A DNA stretch of 64,000 nucleotides from an uncultured bacterium (GCA_965368975.1 CBDUPA010000007.1:1-64000); one strand, 5' to 3'. Counted from the first letter of the stretch, positions 1 through 10,291 are shown. Program-made: numbers and translations. Notes: generated from the sequence alone by a model not told the origin.

Positions 1-53
1 TTCACCGGTCGGTTTCAATCGGAACGAGGGGTCGGATTCGGCCGGCGCAGGCA
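1..53. mobile_element. Possible terminal end of an IS21-family insertion sequence
   Basis: Two imperfect direct repeats 23 nt apart (GGTCGGTTTCAATCGG 7-22; GGTCGGATTCGGCCGG 30-45) followed by ...CGCAGGCA. This matches the multi-repeat, CA-terminated ends typical of the IS21 family. The transposase would lie outside the window. Confidence 0.45.
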
Positions 54-246
54 CCTGCGAGCCGCACTCCAAGACCTGCGCCAGCTTCAGGGCTACATCC
101 ATCACTTGGGTGCGGAGCCAGGCAGCGTCGATGATCCGGAGTTGGTAGAGCTGCATCTACTGGCTGTCGAGCTGTCCGAGCGCCTGGGCACGGAGGCTGC
201 CCAGCTCGAAGAGAAGCTGGGCACCGCCCCGGATCTGGAGAGCTGA
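54..246 (+). pseudogene. 3' fragment of a small hypothetical gene, possibly IS-interrupted
   Basis: Frame 1 is open from the window start to TGA at 244-246, is helical-looking (LRAALQDLRQLQGYIHHL...) and ends 3 nt before the next ATG. Confidence 0.3.
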
Positions 247-249
247 GCG

Positions 250-1239
250 ATGCCGGGCATGGACACCGGCACCGACATCGCTCGAGCGGAACAGGAGATT
301 GAGCGCTGCTGCGCTCAGCTCCTCGACCGCTTCGGCCCCGAGGTGGTGCGGGTTTCGCTACACGTGCACGTCAAGGGCATCTCACCCAGCGCGGCGCACG
401 AGGACGACGAGCAAGCTCAACCCCTGTGCGTGCCCGCGCATGCACTGACGGGCTCGACCTCCGAGGTCGTGGCCGCATTGCTGCATGCGATGGTGCACTG
501 GGTCAACGGTTTGCGCGGTCTCAAGGATTGCTGCCATCGCGGCTACCACAACCGGCGGTTTCGCGATCTCGCTCAGGAAGTCGGTTTCGAGATCGGTGAA
601 CGTGTTGCGCGCTTTGGCTGGGTCGATCTTCGGCCCGGCGTAGAGCTGGTGGCGGTGCTGGACCAGATCCAGCTCGACGATGGTGCGCTGGCTTCGCTGC
701 TTGCCACGCTGCCGGTGGACCGGAAGAAGCCTCGACCGTGTCGCGCAAATCTCCAACGGCGTCAACCGATTCGTCCAGCTTGGCCTGCCGAGTTGCCCTC
801 GCTGCCGGACCTGCCGCGTCTCCGCGTCGAGTTGGTACGCGAGTCGAAGGCACCGCTGCAGAACTATCCCCAGATCCGTGCTCACGGCGATGCCGCAGCG
901 CTACTTTGGCAGGTTCTGCGGACCTACGACCGCGAAGCCGTGGCCGTGCTCTTCCTCGACGGTGCGCGTCGCGTGATCGGCTGGGACGTGCCGTATATCG
1001 GAACGATGACGGCAACTCAGGCCGAGCCGCGCGGGATTCTCGCTCCCGCCTTGCTGGCCAATGCGCGCGCGATCGTCGTGGCACACAACCACCCCTCGGG
1101 CAACCCGAGGCCGAGCCGTCAGGACGAACGCTTCACGCACCGCCTCCGCGAAGCGGGCACGGTGCTCGGTGTCCATCTCTATGCCTCGATCACGATCGCG
1201 GACGCCGGGCAGTGGTGCCAAGTGCAGCCGGTGCGGTGA
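250..1239 (+). CDS. SprT-like zinc-protease-fold domain fused to a RadC-like JAB/MPN domain
   Basis: N-terminal LLHAMVH...YHNRRFRDLA resembles the MGE SprT-like family (HExxH here reads HAxxH). C-terminal DREAVAVLFLD...HNHPSGNPRPSRQD is the RadC JAB motif. Confidence 0.75.
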   Translation: MPGMDTGTDIARAEQEIERCCAQLLDRFGPEVVRVSLHVHVKGISPSAAHEDDEQAQPLCVPAHALTGSTSEVVAALLHAMVHWVNGLRGLKDCCHRGYHNRRFRDLAQEVGFEIGERVARFGWVDLRPGVELVAVLDQIQLDDGALASLLATLPVDRKKPRPCRANLQRRQPIRPAWPAELPSLPDLPRLRVELVRESKAPLQNYPQIRAHGDAAALLWQVLRTYDREAVAVLFLDGARRVIGWDVPYIGTMTATQAEPRGILAPALLANARAIVVAHNHPSGNPRPSRQDERFTHRLREAGTVLGVHLYASITIADAGQWCQVQPVR

Positions 1240-1247
1240 GGCAGGCG

Positions 1248-2039
1248 ATGCCAAAAGCTCACCTGACCCACCGTGCCATCGACACCTTCACCGCCGGGCG
1301 CTGGATGACTGACTACTGGGATGCGCAGTTGCCCGGCTTCGGGGTCCGCGTCTCGAAGAGCGGCCGCAAGACGTTCAACGTGCGCTGCAAGGGCACCAGC
1401 GGCAGTAAGCGCCGCTTGAACCTCGGCGTCTATCCGCTGATGAGTCTGGCCGAGGCCCGCGAGGAAGCGCGCGAGAAGCTCGCCGCGATTGCTAAAGGCG
1501 AGGATCCGCAGGTCGAGAAAGTAGCCGAGCGAGAAGCCGTGACCTTCGGGGACCTCGCCCAGGTGTACTTGGAGCGCCACGTCAAGATCAAGAAGCGCCG
1601 CTGGAAGGAAGACGAGCGCATCCTGCGCGTCGATCTGTTCCCGCAGTGGAGAAGCCGCAAGGCCAAGAGCATCGGGAGAAGGGAAGTGGGGGAGGTGCTC
1701 GACGCAATCGTGGCGCGCGGCGCGCCGATCATGGCCAACCGCGTCAAGGCGCTGGTCTCGAAGATCTACAACTTCGGGATCGGACGCGGCCTCGTCGAGC
1801 ACAACCCGTGTCTGCTGGTGCCGATGCCGGCGCGGGAGCGTCCGCGCGAACGCGTGCTCAGCGAGGAGGAGATCCGCCGGCTGTGGCGAGCCCTCGATGA
1901 CGAGCACGCAGTAATGGCGGCGACCTTCCGCATGCGACTTCTGACCGCACAGCGTGGCGTCGAGGTCTTGAAGATGCACTGGCAGTACATCGACGGGGGT
2001 ATTGTCACGTTGATCCTCGCGCAGCTAAGCGTGCCCTAG
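1248..2039 (+). pseudogene. Tyrosine recombinase/integrase (P4-like, arm-binding N-terminus), C-terminally truncated
   Basis: MPKAHLT...WDAQLPGFGVRVSKSGRKTF...LGVYPLMSLAEAREEA is an arm-DNA-binding domain, followed by R-box LLTAQRGVEV. The ORF then ends without the HxxR and catalytic Tyr. Confidence 0.85.
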
Positions 2040-2103
2040 CTCAGCCCTTTTCAGTCTCACCCGTCCAGGCTCACCTGGTGCCAAGCATCGAAAGCCTGCG
2101 AAC

Positions 2104-2238
2104 GGAGGACACGGCTCCGCCATCCTCTACAGCGTCATCGAGACCGCCAAGTTCAATGGCACCTCGCCAGCTGAACTGCTGATGACCGCGGCCAAAGTCG
2201 CCATCGACAGGCCGGGCGCTGTTCTGCTGCCTAACTGA
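2104..2238 (+). mobile_element. IS66-family transposase (TnpC) C-terminal remnant
   Basis: Translates as GGHGSAILYSVIETAKFNGTSPAELLMTAAKVAIDRPGAVLLPN*, resembling the IS66 TnpC tail motif (A..YS.IETAK.NG..P). Confidence 0.65.
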
Positions 2239-2277
2239 ACCGGGGCAGCGTAAATGGCGGCGGTAATCTGTTCTGAG

Positions 2278-2307
2278 ACAAGAAAGTGGCCGGCTCGAGA
2301 GCCGGCC
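2278..2307 (-). terminator. Intrinsic terminator of the pilin operon
   Basis: Inverted repeat GGCCGGCT-CGAG-AGCCGGCC (2288-2307) followed on the minus strand by ACTTTCTT, ~30 nt after the stop at 2337. Confidence 0.55.
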
Positions 2308-2336
2308 GAACTCAGCAGGTTCCCAAAGGTCAGCCT

Positions 2337-3143
2337 CTAAAGGCCGGCGCCCGAGGGTGTGGTTGGTGTCGCAGTCGAACTGTCAGATGGTTCTGTGCCT
2401 TCAGGTTGGCGAGCGTCGAAGGGTACACCGGTGAGATTGAACTCAGCTCGGTCAACGCCGAAGGTGTGCGACAGGAGCAACCGGAACTCACTTTGGTGTC
2501 CCGGTGGCAGAATCGGATTGGCCAGTCTGGCGTTGCGGGTGGTCATGAGCTCCCCATCCACACCGTAGACCAAGACGATGACTTCGATACTGGCGTAGAT
2601 TTCCTGCCCGTCATTGTGCACGGTGCCGATGATCTCGGTACCGGAAGTGTTCTCGACGTAGCGCCAGTCGTCGACAGACAGACCCTCGGGAGCCGGTCTG
2701 CGGTCCGCTGTCGGCTCGGAGCGGTCTTTCTGTGCGGCCTGCGTTTCCTGATCGAGGCCGGCAGAGGATGCCGCGCTGAAGGTGCCACCGACGCGGAGGT
2801 CGCCGAAGTCCAACAGGTTCTCGTCCGTCAATACCGCGATCGGTTCTTGGAGGACTCCTGCGGCTGGCTCACTGACGGCTGGCTCGCTGACTTCTGGCAC
2901 CACCGCTGCAGGCTGGTCACTCAGCTGACGGCTGGCTTCGAGATCGAGTAGGGACGCCCGTATCGAGGCCAAGGTGCCGTCCGGCCGGGTGAAGACGACC
3001 ATGCGCCCACGCTTTTCCCAAGAGCCCCGAGTTTCGAGCCGCTCCCCGCCAGCGGTGATCAGCCAATCACCGCTGACGGGTCCGGCTAGAGAGAGACCAA
3101 CGAGCAAAGATCCGAGGCTGAGGAGAGTCGACGAGCGGCGCAT
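2337..3143 (-). CDS. Secreted protein with C-terminal FxLYD-like domain
   Basis: Signal peptide MRRSSTLLSLGSLLVGLSLAGPVSG. GTVHNDG...IEVIVLVYGVDGELM...LPPG is FxLYD-like. The ATG overlaps the pilY1 TGA (TGATG). Confidence 0.65.
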   Translation of the reverse strand: MRRSSTLLSLGSLLVGLSLAGPVSGDWLITAGGERLETRGSWEKRGRMVVFTRPDGTLASIRASLLDLEASRQLSDQPAAVVPEVSEPAVSEPAAGVLQEPIAVLTDENLLDFGDLRVGGTFSAASSAGLDQETQAAQKDRSEPTADRRPAPEGLSVDDWRYVENTSGTEIIGTVHNDGQEIYASIEVIVLVYGVDGELMTTRNARLANPILPPGHQSEFRLLLSHTFGVDRAEFNLTGVPFDARQPEGTEPSDSSTATPTTPSGAGL

Positions 3144-6100
3144 CAGAACTCCTTCCAGTTGTGCTGGATCATGCACACCGGCACGGGGGCGATGCACTCG
3201 ATGCCCTCGCGGCTACGGCGGGTCAGAATGTTCTGGCTGAAGTTACCGAAGCTGCAGGAGTCCGGCAGTTGCTGTTTGAGGATTTCCTGGATGTCGGCGA
3301 CGTCGGCGGCATTGCAGGGCGAAACCGTCGGATCGTTCGGATCGCGCTTGTTCTTGGTGGTGCCCTCCTGGACGAACGGGCTGGTCACCAAGTCGGAAAC
3401 CTCGCGGTAGCGCACGCTGTTGCCAGAGCTGTCTTTCATGACGCCGTTGGCGTTGGTGGTGAACACTACGTACAGGCGACTCGACCCTGTGCGTCCGCAC
3501 ACTGCACCGCCTTCGCCAATGGCGTCGCCAGGCAGGTAGGTGCTGAACACGGTGATACCGCTGATGGCGAAGGGTGGTGTGATCAGGTGCTCGATCCGGC
3601 CACCATCGAGTTCCATGTACCAACCACCGGGACTGGTCAGCAGGAGGTTGGTCTCCATGGACAGGCTTGAACCCGGTGTGATCTTCGGGTAATCCGCCTC
3701 GATCCGCGGCGTCATGCCCGTCGCGAAGCCGTTGTCGACGATCATGTAGAAGCGGCCGTTGCCCGGGGTGTAGACCGAACTCCAAAGGTCCTCGCGGTCG
3801 CCGACGCCGAAAGCCAGAGCATAGTCGCCGGTTTCTGGGATGTAGATCACCGCCGGCGGATAGAAGATCGGCTGGCCGCCCGTGGTGAAGATCGGGAAGG
3901 GGTTCCAGGAGGCATCGGTGATCCGATCCACGCTGACCAGGGTGTTGGTGATGGCGTCCGGCACCTGCGTGCTGACGATCTTGACCGCCTTGCTGATGTC
4001 GGCCTTGTAGAGATAGCCCAAGGTGGTGCCGATATAGATGGTGTCCAGATAGCCGTCGCCGTCCGTGTCGACCGCCGCCGGCTCACTCGGAGCGGAACCG
4101 ATCAAGGGATACTTCCAGATCACCTGGCCGGTCTCGATGTCCAGCATGTAGATCCAGTTACCTTCTCGGTTGTTGCGGCCAGGGTCCATGCCGCCGCCGA
4201 AGATGGCGACGAAGCGATCTTCGATCACGGTACTGGCGTCTGCACTATTGCAGGTACCCGCGGTACAGATCCGGATGCGGCCGGTGTTCGGGCGCGACCA
4301 CGCATCGCCCAGATCGGTACCGCCGACACCGTCTTCGTCGAGCGGATCGGAGAACTCCCACAGTACGGCAGGGAAGGGCACCGGTCCGCAGTCTCCGCCG
4401 GCTGTGACGTCATAGCAAGTGGGGATCTCTTCGGCACTGGCCGTGATCTTCGCTTCGCCGACCTTGGTGGTGACGCCTCCAACCACCTGGAAGTCGATGA
4501 CATCCGGCTGCGTCACGTCGAGGGCGTAGTAGCTCTGCCCGCCCTCGCGCAGGCCGCCGATCATCAGGGTGCGCCACTCTCGCTCGCTGGCCGTGGGGGT
4601 GCCGGTGTGCGCCGGGTCGATATACACGTCGTCGACTCGAACCGTGCCGTCGACTGTGAACTCGTGTGCCGTCACGCCTGGCCGCGACAGAGCTTCGAGC
4701 GTCGGCTTGACGCCCCGTGGCACGAACGAGAAGAGCTCCTTGCCGTTGCCGTTGGAGTAGTCGCCGGTCAGATTGCCCAGGCTGTCCAGGCCGGCGCTGT
4801 AGGTACCGGCCTCGAAGACGTGCAACTGGCCGTCGTTGGAGCCCACCGCCAGCAGGCGGCGGCGTGTGCGGTGCTTGAGCACGTAGTCGCGGTAGCCGCC
4901 GTCGCCGTTGCTGTCGGCACCGATATCCTCGGTGAAGTACTGGAAGTTCGACGGGCTCGAAATCACTACTGGGTCCGAGTGGAAGATGTCGCCCATCACG
5001 AAGGGTAGTACGTCACCGTTCTGCGGATTCTTGATCACCTTCGGCATGATGGTGAAGCGCTGTGTTCGGCGTACGTCGTCGCGGGCATTCTGCCCTTGCG
5101 CCGTCGAGGCGTCGTAGCAGGGGTGCGTATCGCTGGCGAAGGTGCAGATCTCCAGGCTGCGAATCAGGTCACGCCAGAGTTCGTCACTGTTGGTCAGGGA
5201 GTTGACCGGCGGCAGGAAGAGGCGGGTCTCCGCTGGCACGGAGCCACTCATACCGTCCTGGCGCGCATAGAGCACGCGGCGCTTGCTGTCCGCCTTGCCC
5301 AACCAGGTCTCGAAGTCACTGTCGTCGTAGGCGGTGTCAGCGTAATCCAAGAAGTCGTCGAGTGCTGTCCGGATCGCCCCAACGGTGCTTTGGCTCAGGG
5401 CTGACTTGGCTCCGGTGGGAATCTGATCGAGCAGCGTATCGAGGTTGTCGACGTCGTTGACGTTCCATAGGTGACAGCTGCTTTCGTCGCCACCGGTGCA
5501 GGTGGCGGAAGGATCGGGAATCAGGTTGGGCTCGCCGTTCTCACCGATCACCTGCTTGAGCGGCAGAGGCCGCAAGTAGGCGTCGAGGCGGCCCGGCCAG
5601 ATGGAGCTATCCAGGGTCGGAATGAAGCTCGAGAGGTAGATCTTGTCCGCTTCCTCAGCCTGCACCGAAGGTACCGCCGCTGACGAGAAACTGCGTGTCT
5701 CGCTGGAGACCAACTGAATGATGTTCGAGAGGGCGTCGCGCAGCTCGGAGGCCGAAGCGGCAAAGAAGGGCTCCCGGCACACGGGCACAGTCTCGCCGGT
5801 TACCGGATGAGCGCGAGTTTGCAGGTTGGCTTGAGGACAGTCGTAGCACTGGCCATTGAGAGAGCCGCGGCACCGCGTGTCGTTATCGTCGACTTCGAGT
5901 GGAAAGAACCACGGCATGCAGTTCAGCGTTGTACTGTTTGCGAGGCCGTAGCCGACGACGAAGGTCTGGACATTCTGGTCGTCGAACAAGTCCCGGGTTT
6001 CATCGCATGGGCTGTTGCCACAGGTCTCCTCACCGTCGGTGAGCACGAGCAGGAACTTGCGTCGACAGCCAAAGCTCTGGTCCTCTCCTCCAGGAATCGT

Positions 6101-7462
6101 GATGGTACCGTCGGCTCGCTTTTTCCATTCTCGGTACCAAGCGTCGAAGTTGCGCACCGAGTGGCCTATGGGGGTAGCCCCGTTGGCCAGGATGGGGCGT
6201 TCGGCCTCGTCCTTGAGTACCAGCCGGCCGTTGCTTTCGCGGTCGACCAGGTAACGCGCACTGCCGAAGTCCGGGATGAAGTCCAGAGTCGCAGCCTCGC
6301 TGATCCGGTTGGGCGCTAGGCGGTCCAGAATCGTTTCGCGTTGATCGTCCAGCCAATCAAAAGGGACGACGTCGCCGACCTGGAACACAGTGCTGCCGCT
6401 GGGGACGTCTCGAAAGTCCGCAACGTCATTGGGAAAGCGCAAACGATAGCCGGCATAGACGTCGTCGTCGTTGTTCCCGACGAGCCCTCCGCTCCGTGCC
6501 ACGGGGAAGTTGGGGTCCCAGCCGTCGCAGGTTCCGCTGGCCCTATAATCGTGCTCCCAGGTATAGCCACGTTGCCGGGGCCCAACGCGCGCTCCGTTGT
6601 CCCAACTGAGGAACTCGGACGGTGCGTCGGGTGTGCCGTCGCCGTCCAGATCTGTGTGCACGAGGTCGAAGGGCACGACGACCGTCTTGTCGAAGCTGTT
6701 GACAAAAGCAGCTGGCTGGATGGTATAGCGGCGAATTCGTATCGAGATATGAACCGTGTCTGAGCCAACCCTTTCGTTGCCGTAGCCGCCAGCGTGCGAG
6801 TACTGTACGTAGTAGGTTCTGTTGTCCGTGTCGCGGACAAAGAAGCTGAGCCAAGTGTTGAGATCGTCGTTGAGCTTGGGTTGGCGCCACATGCGCTCCA
6901 ACTGCCATGCATCGTCCATCCTCGCGGGGTAGCGATAGTCACAGCCGATGACGCTGCCCGATCTACAGTTCGTAGTTGCACCGACAACCTCTGTCCACTC
7001 CTGCGCTCCGTTGGGAGCCATGAACCCCGGATCGGGATAGAAGTTGCCGCTGAGCAGTTCGATACCCGGCGTGCGTGGCTTGTAGAGCCAGTGTTTGTCG
7101 AGAATGCCCAGATCGTCCTGGTTGTAGGTCGCAAAGCCGAAGTGCACCCGCGTTGCCGCTTCGATGGTCTCGTACAGGACCTTCTTCGCTTGATAAAGCT
7201 TGGATACCGGGTCGTCGCCGTTGGCCCAGGCAAAGCAGTTGCCGGTCGTGCATAGCGGGCTGCACTCGCCGGCGTCGAAGGCCGCTTGCGAGCAAAACGG
7301 TGTCCAATGCATGGAACCCGAGGTGTCGAAGAGGACGAACACGTAGGGTTCCCCGCTCTGGGCATTGAGCAGAGCGCGGTCGTCGGCCATCGCCGGCAAC
7401 GCCAGTGATGCCAGAGCCGCCAAGCTGGCTAAGACAAGATGGGTGCGTCTAGGGACTATCAT
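3143..7462 (-). CDS. pilY1: PilY1/PilC type IV pilus tip adhesin (vWA + beta-propeller)
   Basis: 1439 aa with signal peptide, vWA MIDAS (DTSGSM; LTDGEETC), propeller motifs MGDIFHSDP, GSNDGQLH, FTVDG, GGLREGG, and Ca-loop DTDGDGYLD. AGGAG RBS; lies downstream of minor pilins. Confidence 0.9.
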   Translation of the reverse strand: MIVPRRTHLVLASLAALASLALPAMADDRALLNAQSGEPYVFVLFDTSGSMHWTPFCSQAAFDAGECSPLCTTGNCFAWANGDDPVSKLYQAKKVLYETIEAATRVHFGFATYNQDDLGILDKHWLYKPRTPGIELLSGNFYPDPGFMAPNGAQEWTEVVGATTNCRSGSVIGCDYRYPARMDDAWQLERMWRQPKLNDDLNTWLSFFVRDTDNRTYYVQYSHAGGYGNERVGSDTVHISIRIRRYTIQPAAFVNSFDKTVVVPFDLVHTDLDGDGTPDAPSEFLSWDNGARVGPRQRGYTWEHDYRASGTCDGWDPNFPVARSGGLVGNNDDDVYAGYRLRFPNDVADFRDVPSGSTVFQVGDVVPFDWLDDQRETILDRLAPNRISEAATLDFIPDFGSARYLVDRESNGRLVLKDEAERPILANGATPIGHSVRNFDAWYREWKKRADGTITIPGGEDQSFGCRRKFLLVLTDGEETCGNSPCDETRDLFDDQNVQTFVVGYGLANSTTLNCMPWFFPLEVDDNDTRCRGSLNGQCYDCPQANLQTRAHPVTGETVPVCREPFFAASASELRDALSNIIQLVSSETRSFSSAAVPSVQAEEADKIYLSSFIPTLDSSIWPGRLDAYLRPLPLKQVIGENGEPNLIPDPSATCTGGDESSCHLWNVNDVDNLDTLLDQIPTGAKSALSQSTVGAIRTALDDFLDYADTAYDDSDFETWLGKADSKRRVLYARQDGMSGSVPAETRLFLPPVNSLTNSDELWRDLIRSLEICTFASDTHPCYDASTAQGQNARDDVRRTQRFTIMPKVIKNPQNGDVLPFVMGDIFHSDPVVISSPSNFQYFTEDIGADSNGDGGYRDYVLKHRTRRRLLAVGSNDGQLHVFEAGTYSAGLDSLGNLTGDYSNGNGKELFSFVPRGVKPTLEALSRPGVTAHEFTVDGTVRVDDVYIDPAHTGTPTASEREWRTLMIGGLREGGQSYYALDVTQPDVIDFQVVGGVTTKVGEAKITASAEEIPTCYDVTAGGDCGPVPFPAVLWEFSDPLDEDGVGGTDLGDAWSRPNTGRIRICTAGTCNSADASTVIEDRFVAIFGGGMDPGRNNREGNWIYMLDIETGQVIWKYPLIGSAPSEPAAVDTDGDGYLDTIYIGTTLGYLYKADISKAVKIVSTQVPDAITNTLVSVDRITDASWNPFPIFTTGGQPIFYPPAVIYIPETGDYALAFGVGDREDLWSSVYTPGNGRFYMIVDNGFATGMTPRIEADYPKITPGSSLSMETNLLLTSPGGWYMELDGGRIEHLITPPFAISGITVFSTYLPGDAIGEGGAVCGRTGSSRLYVVFTTNANGVMKDSSGNSVRYREVSDLVTSPFVQEGTTKNKRDPNDPTVSPCNAADVADIQEILKQQLPDSCSFGNFSQNILTRRSREGIECIAPVPVCMIQHNWKEF

Positions 7463-7513
7463 GGTAGAACTCCTGCGCCGGCTCGGGGATTTCCGGCAGA
7501 GCGAGGGGGGCGG

Positions 7514-8128
7514 CTAGAACTTGTTGCTGAGTTCGTTGGTATCGATGGTGGCCAACGCTTGGGCATTGGGCGCCTGTAGCGGATCGGCCATGAACATCAC
7601 GCTCAGCTGCTTGGTGCTCTGGATCGGCGGCAGCCCTACCCCGTTCGGGCGTGGCAGGATGCGCGTCGACCGTGCTACGACGGCATGGTTGATGTTGTAG
7701 AAGAGAGAGCCTTGATTGATCATGCCCAGTGAGCTGCGGCTGTTGTTGATCGGATAGATGGCCGAGACATCGATGCGGGTCTCGATACCCATCTGCCGCA
7801 GGTTGCCGTCCAGATCGCGGGCCTGCACGATGCCCGAGCGGGTCACGCCGTCGACCATGACTGGCTCGACCGTGTCCAGGCGCAGCGGACGGTAGTCCTT
7901 GAGCGCCATGAACTTCATCAGGCCCAGGCGCAGCGCGGCGTCGGCCGAGTAGAAATTCCGTTCACCGGTACGCTCGTTGGCACCGATGCGCCGCTCGGTC
8001 TGCGTGGTCAGTACCAGGGTGATGCCGATCATGCTCAGCACGACGATCAAGAGCAGGACGGCGACGAAGGCGCTACCACGCTGCGGTTTCGACAACCGAC
8101 GCTGTTCGGAGGTGGAGGACACGCTCAT
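7514..8128 (-). CDS. pilX: PilX-like minor pilin
   Basis: QRG|SAFVAVLLLIVVL type III signal lacking Glu5, followed by ...FYSADAAL. Position between pilW and pilY1. GGAGA RBS before the ATG at 8128. Confidence 0.8.
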   Translation of the reverse strand: MSVSSTSEQRRLSKPQRGSAFVAVLLLIVVLSMIGITLVLTTQTERRIGANERTGERNFYSADAALRLGLMKFMALKDYRPLRLDTVEPVMVDGVTRSGIVQARDLDGNLRQMGIETRIDVSAIYPINNSRSSLGMINQGSLFYNINHAVVARSTRILPRPNGVGLPPIQSTKQLSVMFMADPLQAPNAQALATIDTNELSNKF

Positions 8129-8180
8129 TGGAGATTCTCCCTGCTGGTCAATCGGCCCGGCATGTCGGGCGTCTCGGTGC

Positions 8181-9575
8181 TCACAGTTGATTGCGCAGCT
8201 CGACGACGGTTTGCAGCTGCCGACGACGAAAGCGGGTTGCCGGCCAGTTGTTGAGATCGCGGCCGTCGTAGTCACTGTCTTCGAGATCATCGAGGTCGGG
8301 AGCGGTGTAGTAGGGATCGGCCCCCTCGGTGCGGCCGATCAAGCTGAGTCGGACCAGGTGCAGGTCCGGAGCATTGGCAGCCACACCGGCGCCGGTCTGC
8401 CAAACGGCATCTGTAGGATCGTCGCTGCTGCTGTTGAACAACCAGTCGTCGTCGTCACCGTCAGGGGATTCGTAGATCAGGTCATCCAGTCCCGTGTGGT
8501 CAATGTCGGCGTCGAATGAACAGTCGGTGCCGGGGCAGTTTCCGAGCAAGGTGTCGAAGCCCAGTGCTACCTGTAGATCCAGAATGTTGTCCGCGAAGAT
8601 TTGGGTGCTGTCCAGATCGCGTCGCCACAAGATCTCCGTGCCCGGGATCATGCGTGCTCGTTCGAGGTTGGCGGTACCTGTTGAGTCTTCCTGGAGGTAG
8701 TAGCGATACTCCTCGAGAATGCCGATCTGTACGGCGCTGCGCATGGTCGAAGGTAGCGTGGCCAGCGACGGATCGCTCGACAGCTGGCGGTAGGTATCGA
8801 GCTCCGCGGCGGCCGGATTCGAGGTGCCGGCGCGCCGGATGTAGAACTCGATGCGCACGCCGAGGCCGTTGTTGGCTCCGGGCGCCGGACAGACGGTCGG
8901 ATCGTTGAAGGCTACGGAGTCGGCCGAGCCGAAATTGGCTTCGACCACCACCATCTGGGATTGATTGACCCGGTTCACCAGCACCATCGGCTCCCTCTCA
9001 CTGTCGGCGATCAGCTGTGTGAGCGGTGTCAGTGTTTGCGCGATGCCGTCACCGTCGGCACAGACCGTCACGATGCCGCGCACCGCGTTCTCCGGCGCCA
9101 CGTCGGCCAGCGAATCGTCCTGCAGCACCAAGTCATGGCTCTGGCGGATCTGGTAGAGGGGAGTGTCAAAGACACCGCGCACGATCAGCATGTCACTTCC
9201 CTGCAGCGCGCTGGGCGCTCCGGCAGTCGAGGAAATCAGGCGCGGTGAGCCGTTGTCACCCAGGTTGGTGCGCAGCTCCAGTGCATCCAGATTGACTCCC
9301 CGGTAGCTCGTGGCGACCGGCAGTGCGCTGTTCAGCCGCGCTGCCAAGCCGCCGCGCCCCGCCATGCGCAGGTGGTGCACCAAGTCGGTTTGAGTTACCC
9401 GCAGGGTCTGTTGCACGTTGGAGACATTGGTCTGAACCCGTGTCAGCTTGTTCATGGCGTCGAACAGCCCCAGCGCACCGACCATCAACAGCACCGTCAT
9501 GGCGAGGGCGATCAGCACCTCGAAGAGAGTGAATCCGCTCTGGGGAGAGTTCAGGTTGGGGTACCGGCGCAACAT
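8181..9575 (-). CDS. pilW: PilW-like minor pilin
   Basis: QSG|FTLFEVLIALAM prepilin motif, LRMAG motif, ADNILDLQVALGFD, and a C-terminal ELRN. Confidence 0.85.
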   Translation of the reverse strand: MLRRYPNLNSPQSGFTLFEVLIALAMTVLLMVGALGLFDAMNKLTRVQTNVSNVQQTLRVTQTDLVHHLRMAGRGGLAARLNSALPVATSYRGVNLDALELRTNLGDNGSPRLISSTAGAPSALQGSDMLIVRGVFDTPLYQIRQSHDLVLQDDSLADVAPENAVRGIVTVCADGDGIAQTLTPLTQLIADSEREPMVLVNRVNQSQMVVVEANFGSADSVAFNDPTVCPAPGANNGLGVRIEFYIRRAGTSNPAAAELDTYRQLSSDPSLATLPSTMRSAVQIGILEEYRYYLQEDSTGTANLERARMIPGTEILWRRDLDSTQIFADNILDLQVALGFDTLLGNCPGTDCSFDADIDHTGLDDLIYESPDGDDDDWLFNSSSDDPTDAVWQTGAGVAANAPDLHLVRLSLIGRTEGADPYYTAPDLDDLEDSDYDGRDLNNWPATRFRRRQLQTVVELRNQL

Positions 9576-9590
9576 GCTCAGCCTCGGTTC

Positions 9591-10271
9591 TCAGAAGATC
9601 TTCAGGGTGTTGACGGTGAAGACACGACCGCCTAGCGATGTCCTCTCGAGTTGTAGGCGAGGGCCGGCGACCACGACTTCGAGCGTCTTCAAGTGGACGA
9701 ACTGAGCATCGTTGACGGCACCGCTGATGGGGTTGTCGAAACGTCCGTCGCGCGGGTCCGGATGGCCGCTGCGGCCGGCCAGATCCTCCAGGCCGTCGAT
9801 GATGTCGATGACACCGTCACTGTCGATGTCGCGCGCGCCATTGATGCTGAACTGCTGCACCCGAACCTGCCGGCTCCAGCGCAGGGAGCTGGCTGCACTG
9901 ACCAAATTGTTGCCGTCCACCCAGGTTCGGTTCTGGGCGTCCCACTGCTGCTCGACCATCAGCTCCGTTGCGCCCACGGGGATGTCGACGTCTTCGTGGG
10001 CGAAGTTCAGCTGCAGGAACTCCTCGACCGCTGCGCGCCCCCGGGCGGTCAGGCGCGTACTTTCTTCACCGTAGGAGTTGTTCACCATGGCGGTCATGAA
10101 CAGGGGGATCAAGCCCAGGGCGACGATGAGCAAGAGCAGGGCGGCGATGAGCACTTCGGGAATACTGAAGCCGGCCCGGCGGCCAGCAACTAGTTCGCCA
10201 GCAACTGGGTCGCCAGTAGTTGGGCTGTCAGCAACGTGGATGGGATGGCTGGCTGATCTGCGGCGCATCAT
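9591..10271 (-). CDS. pilV: PilV-like minor pilin
   Basis: RAG|FSIPEVLIAALLL prepilin motif; operon position; GGAGA RBS. Confidence 0.75.
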   Translation of the reverse strand: MMRRRSASHPIHVADSPTTGDPVAGELVAGRRAGFSIPEVLIAALLLLIVALGLIPLFMTAMVNNSYGEESTRLTARGRAAVEEFLQLNFAHEDVDIPVGATELMVEQQWDAQNRTWVDGNNLVSAASSLRWSRQVRVQQFSINGARDIDSDGVIDIIDGLEDLAGRSGHPDPRDGRFDNPISGAVNDAQFVHLKTLEVVVAGPRLQLERTSLGGRVFTVNTLKIF

Positions 10272-10291
10272 GGCTTTCTCCGGTCAGACGG

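Noticed and set aside
738-1247. N-terminal extension of the integrase ORF in the track
   Set aside because: Overlaps the RadC domain in another frame; recognisable integrase sequence begins at the ATG at 1248.
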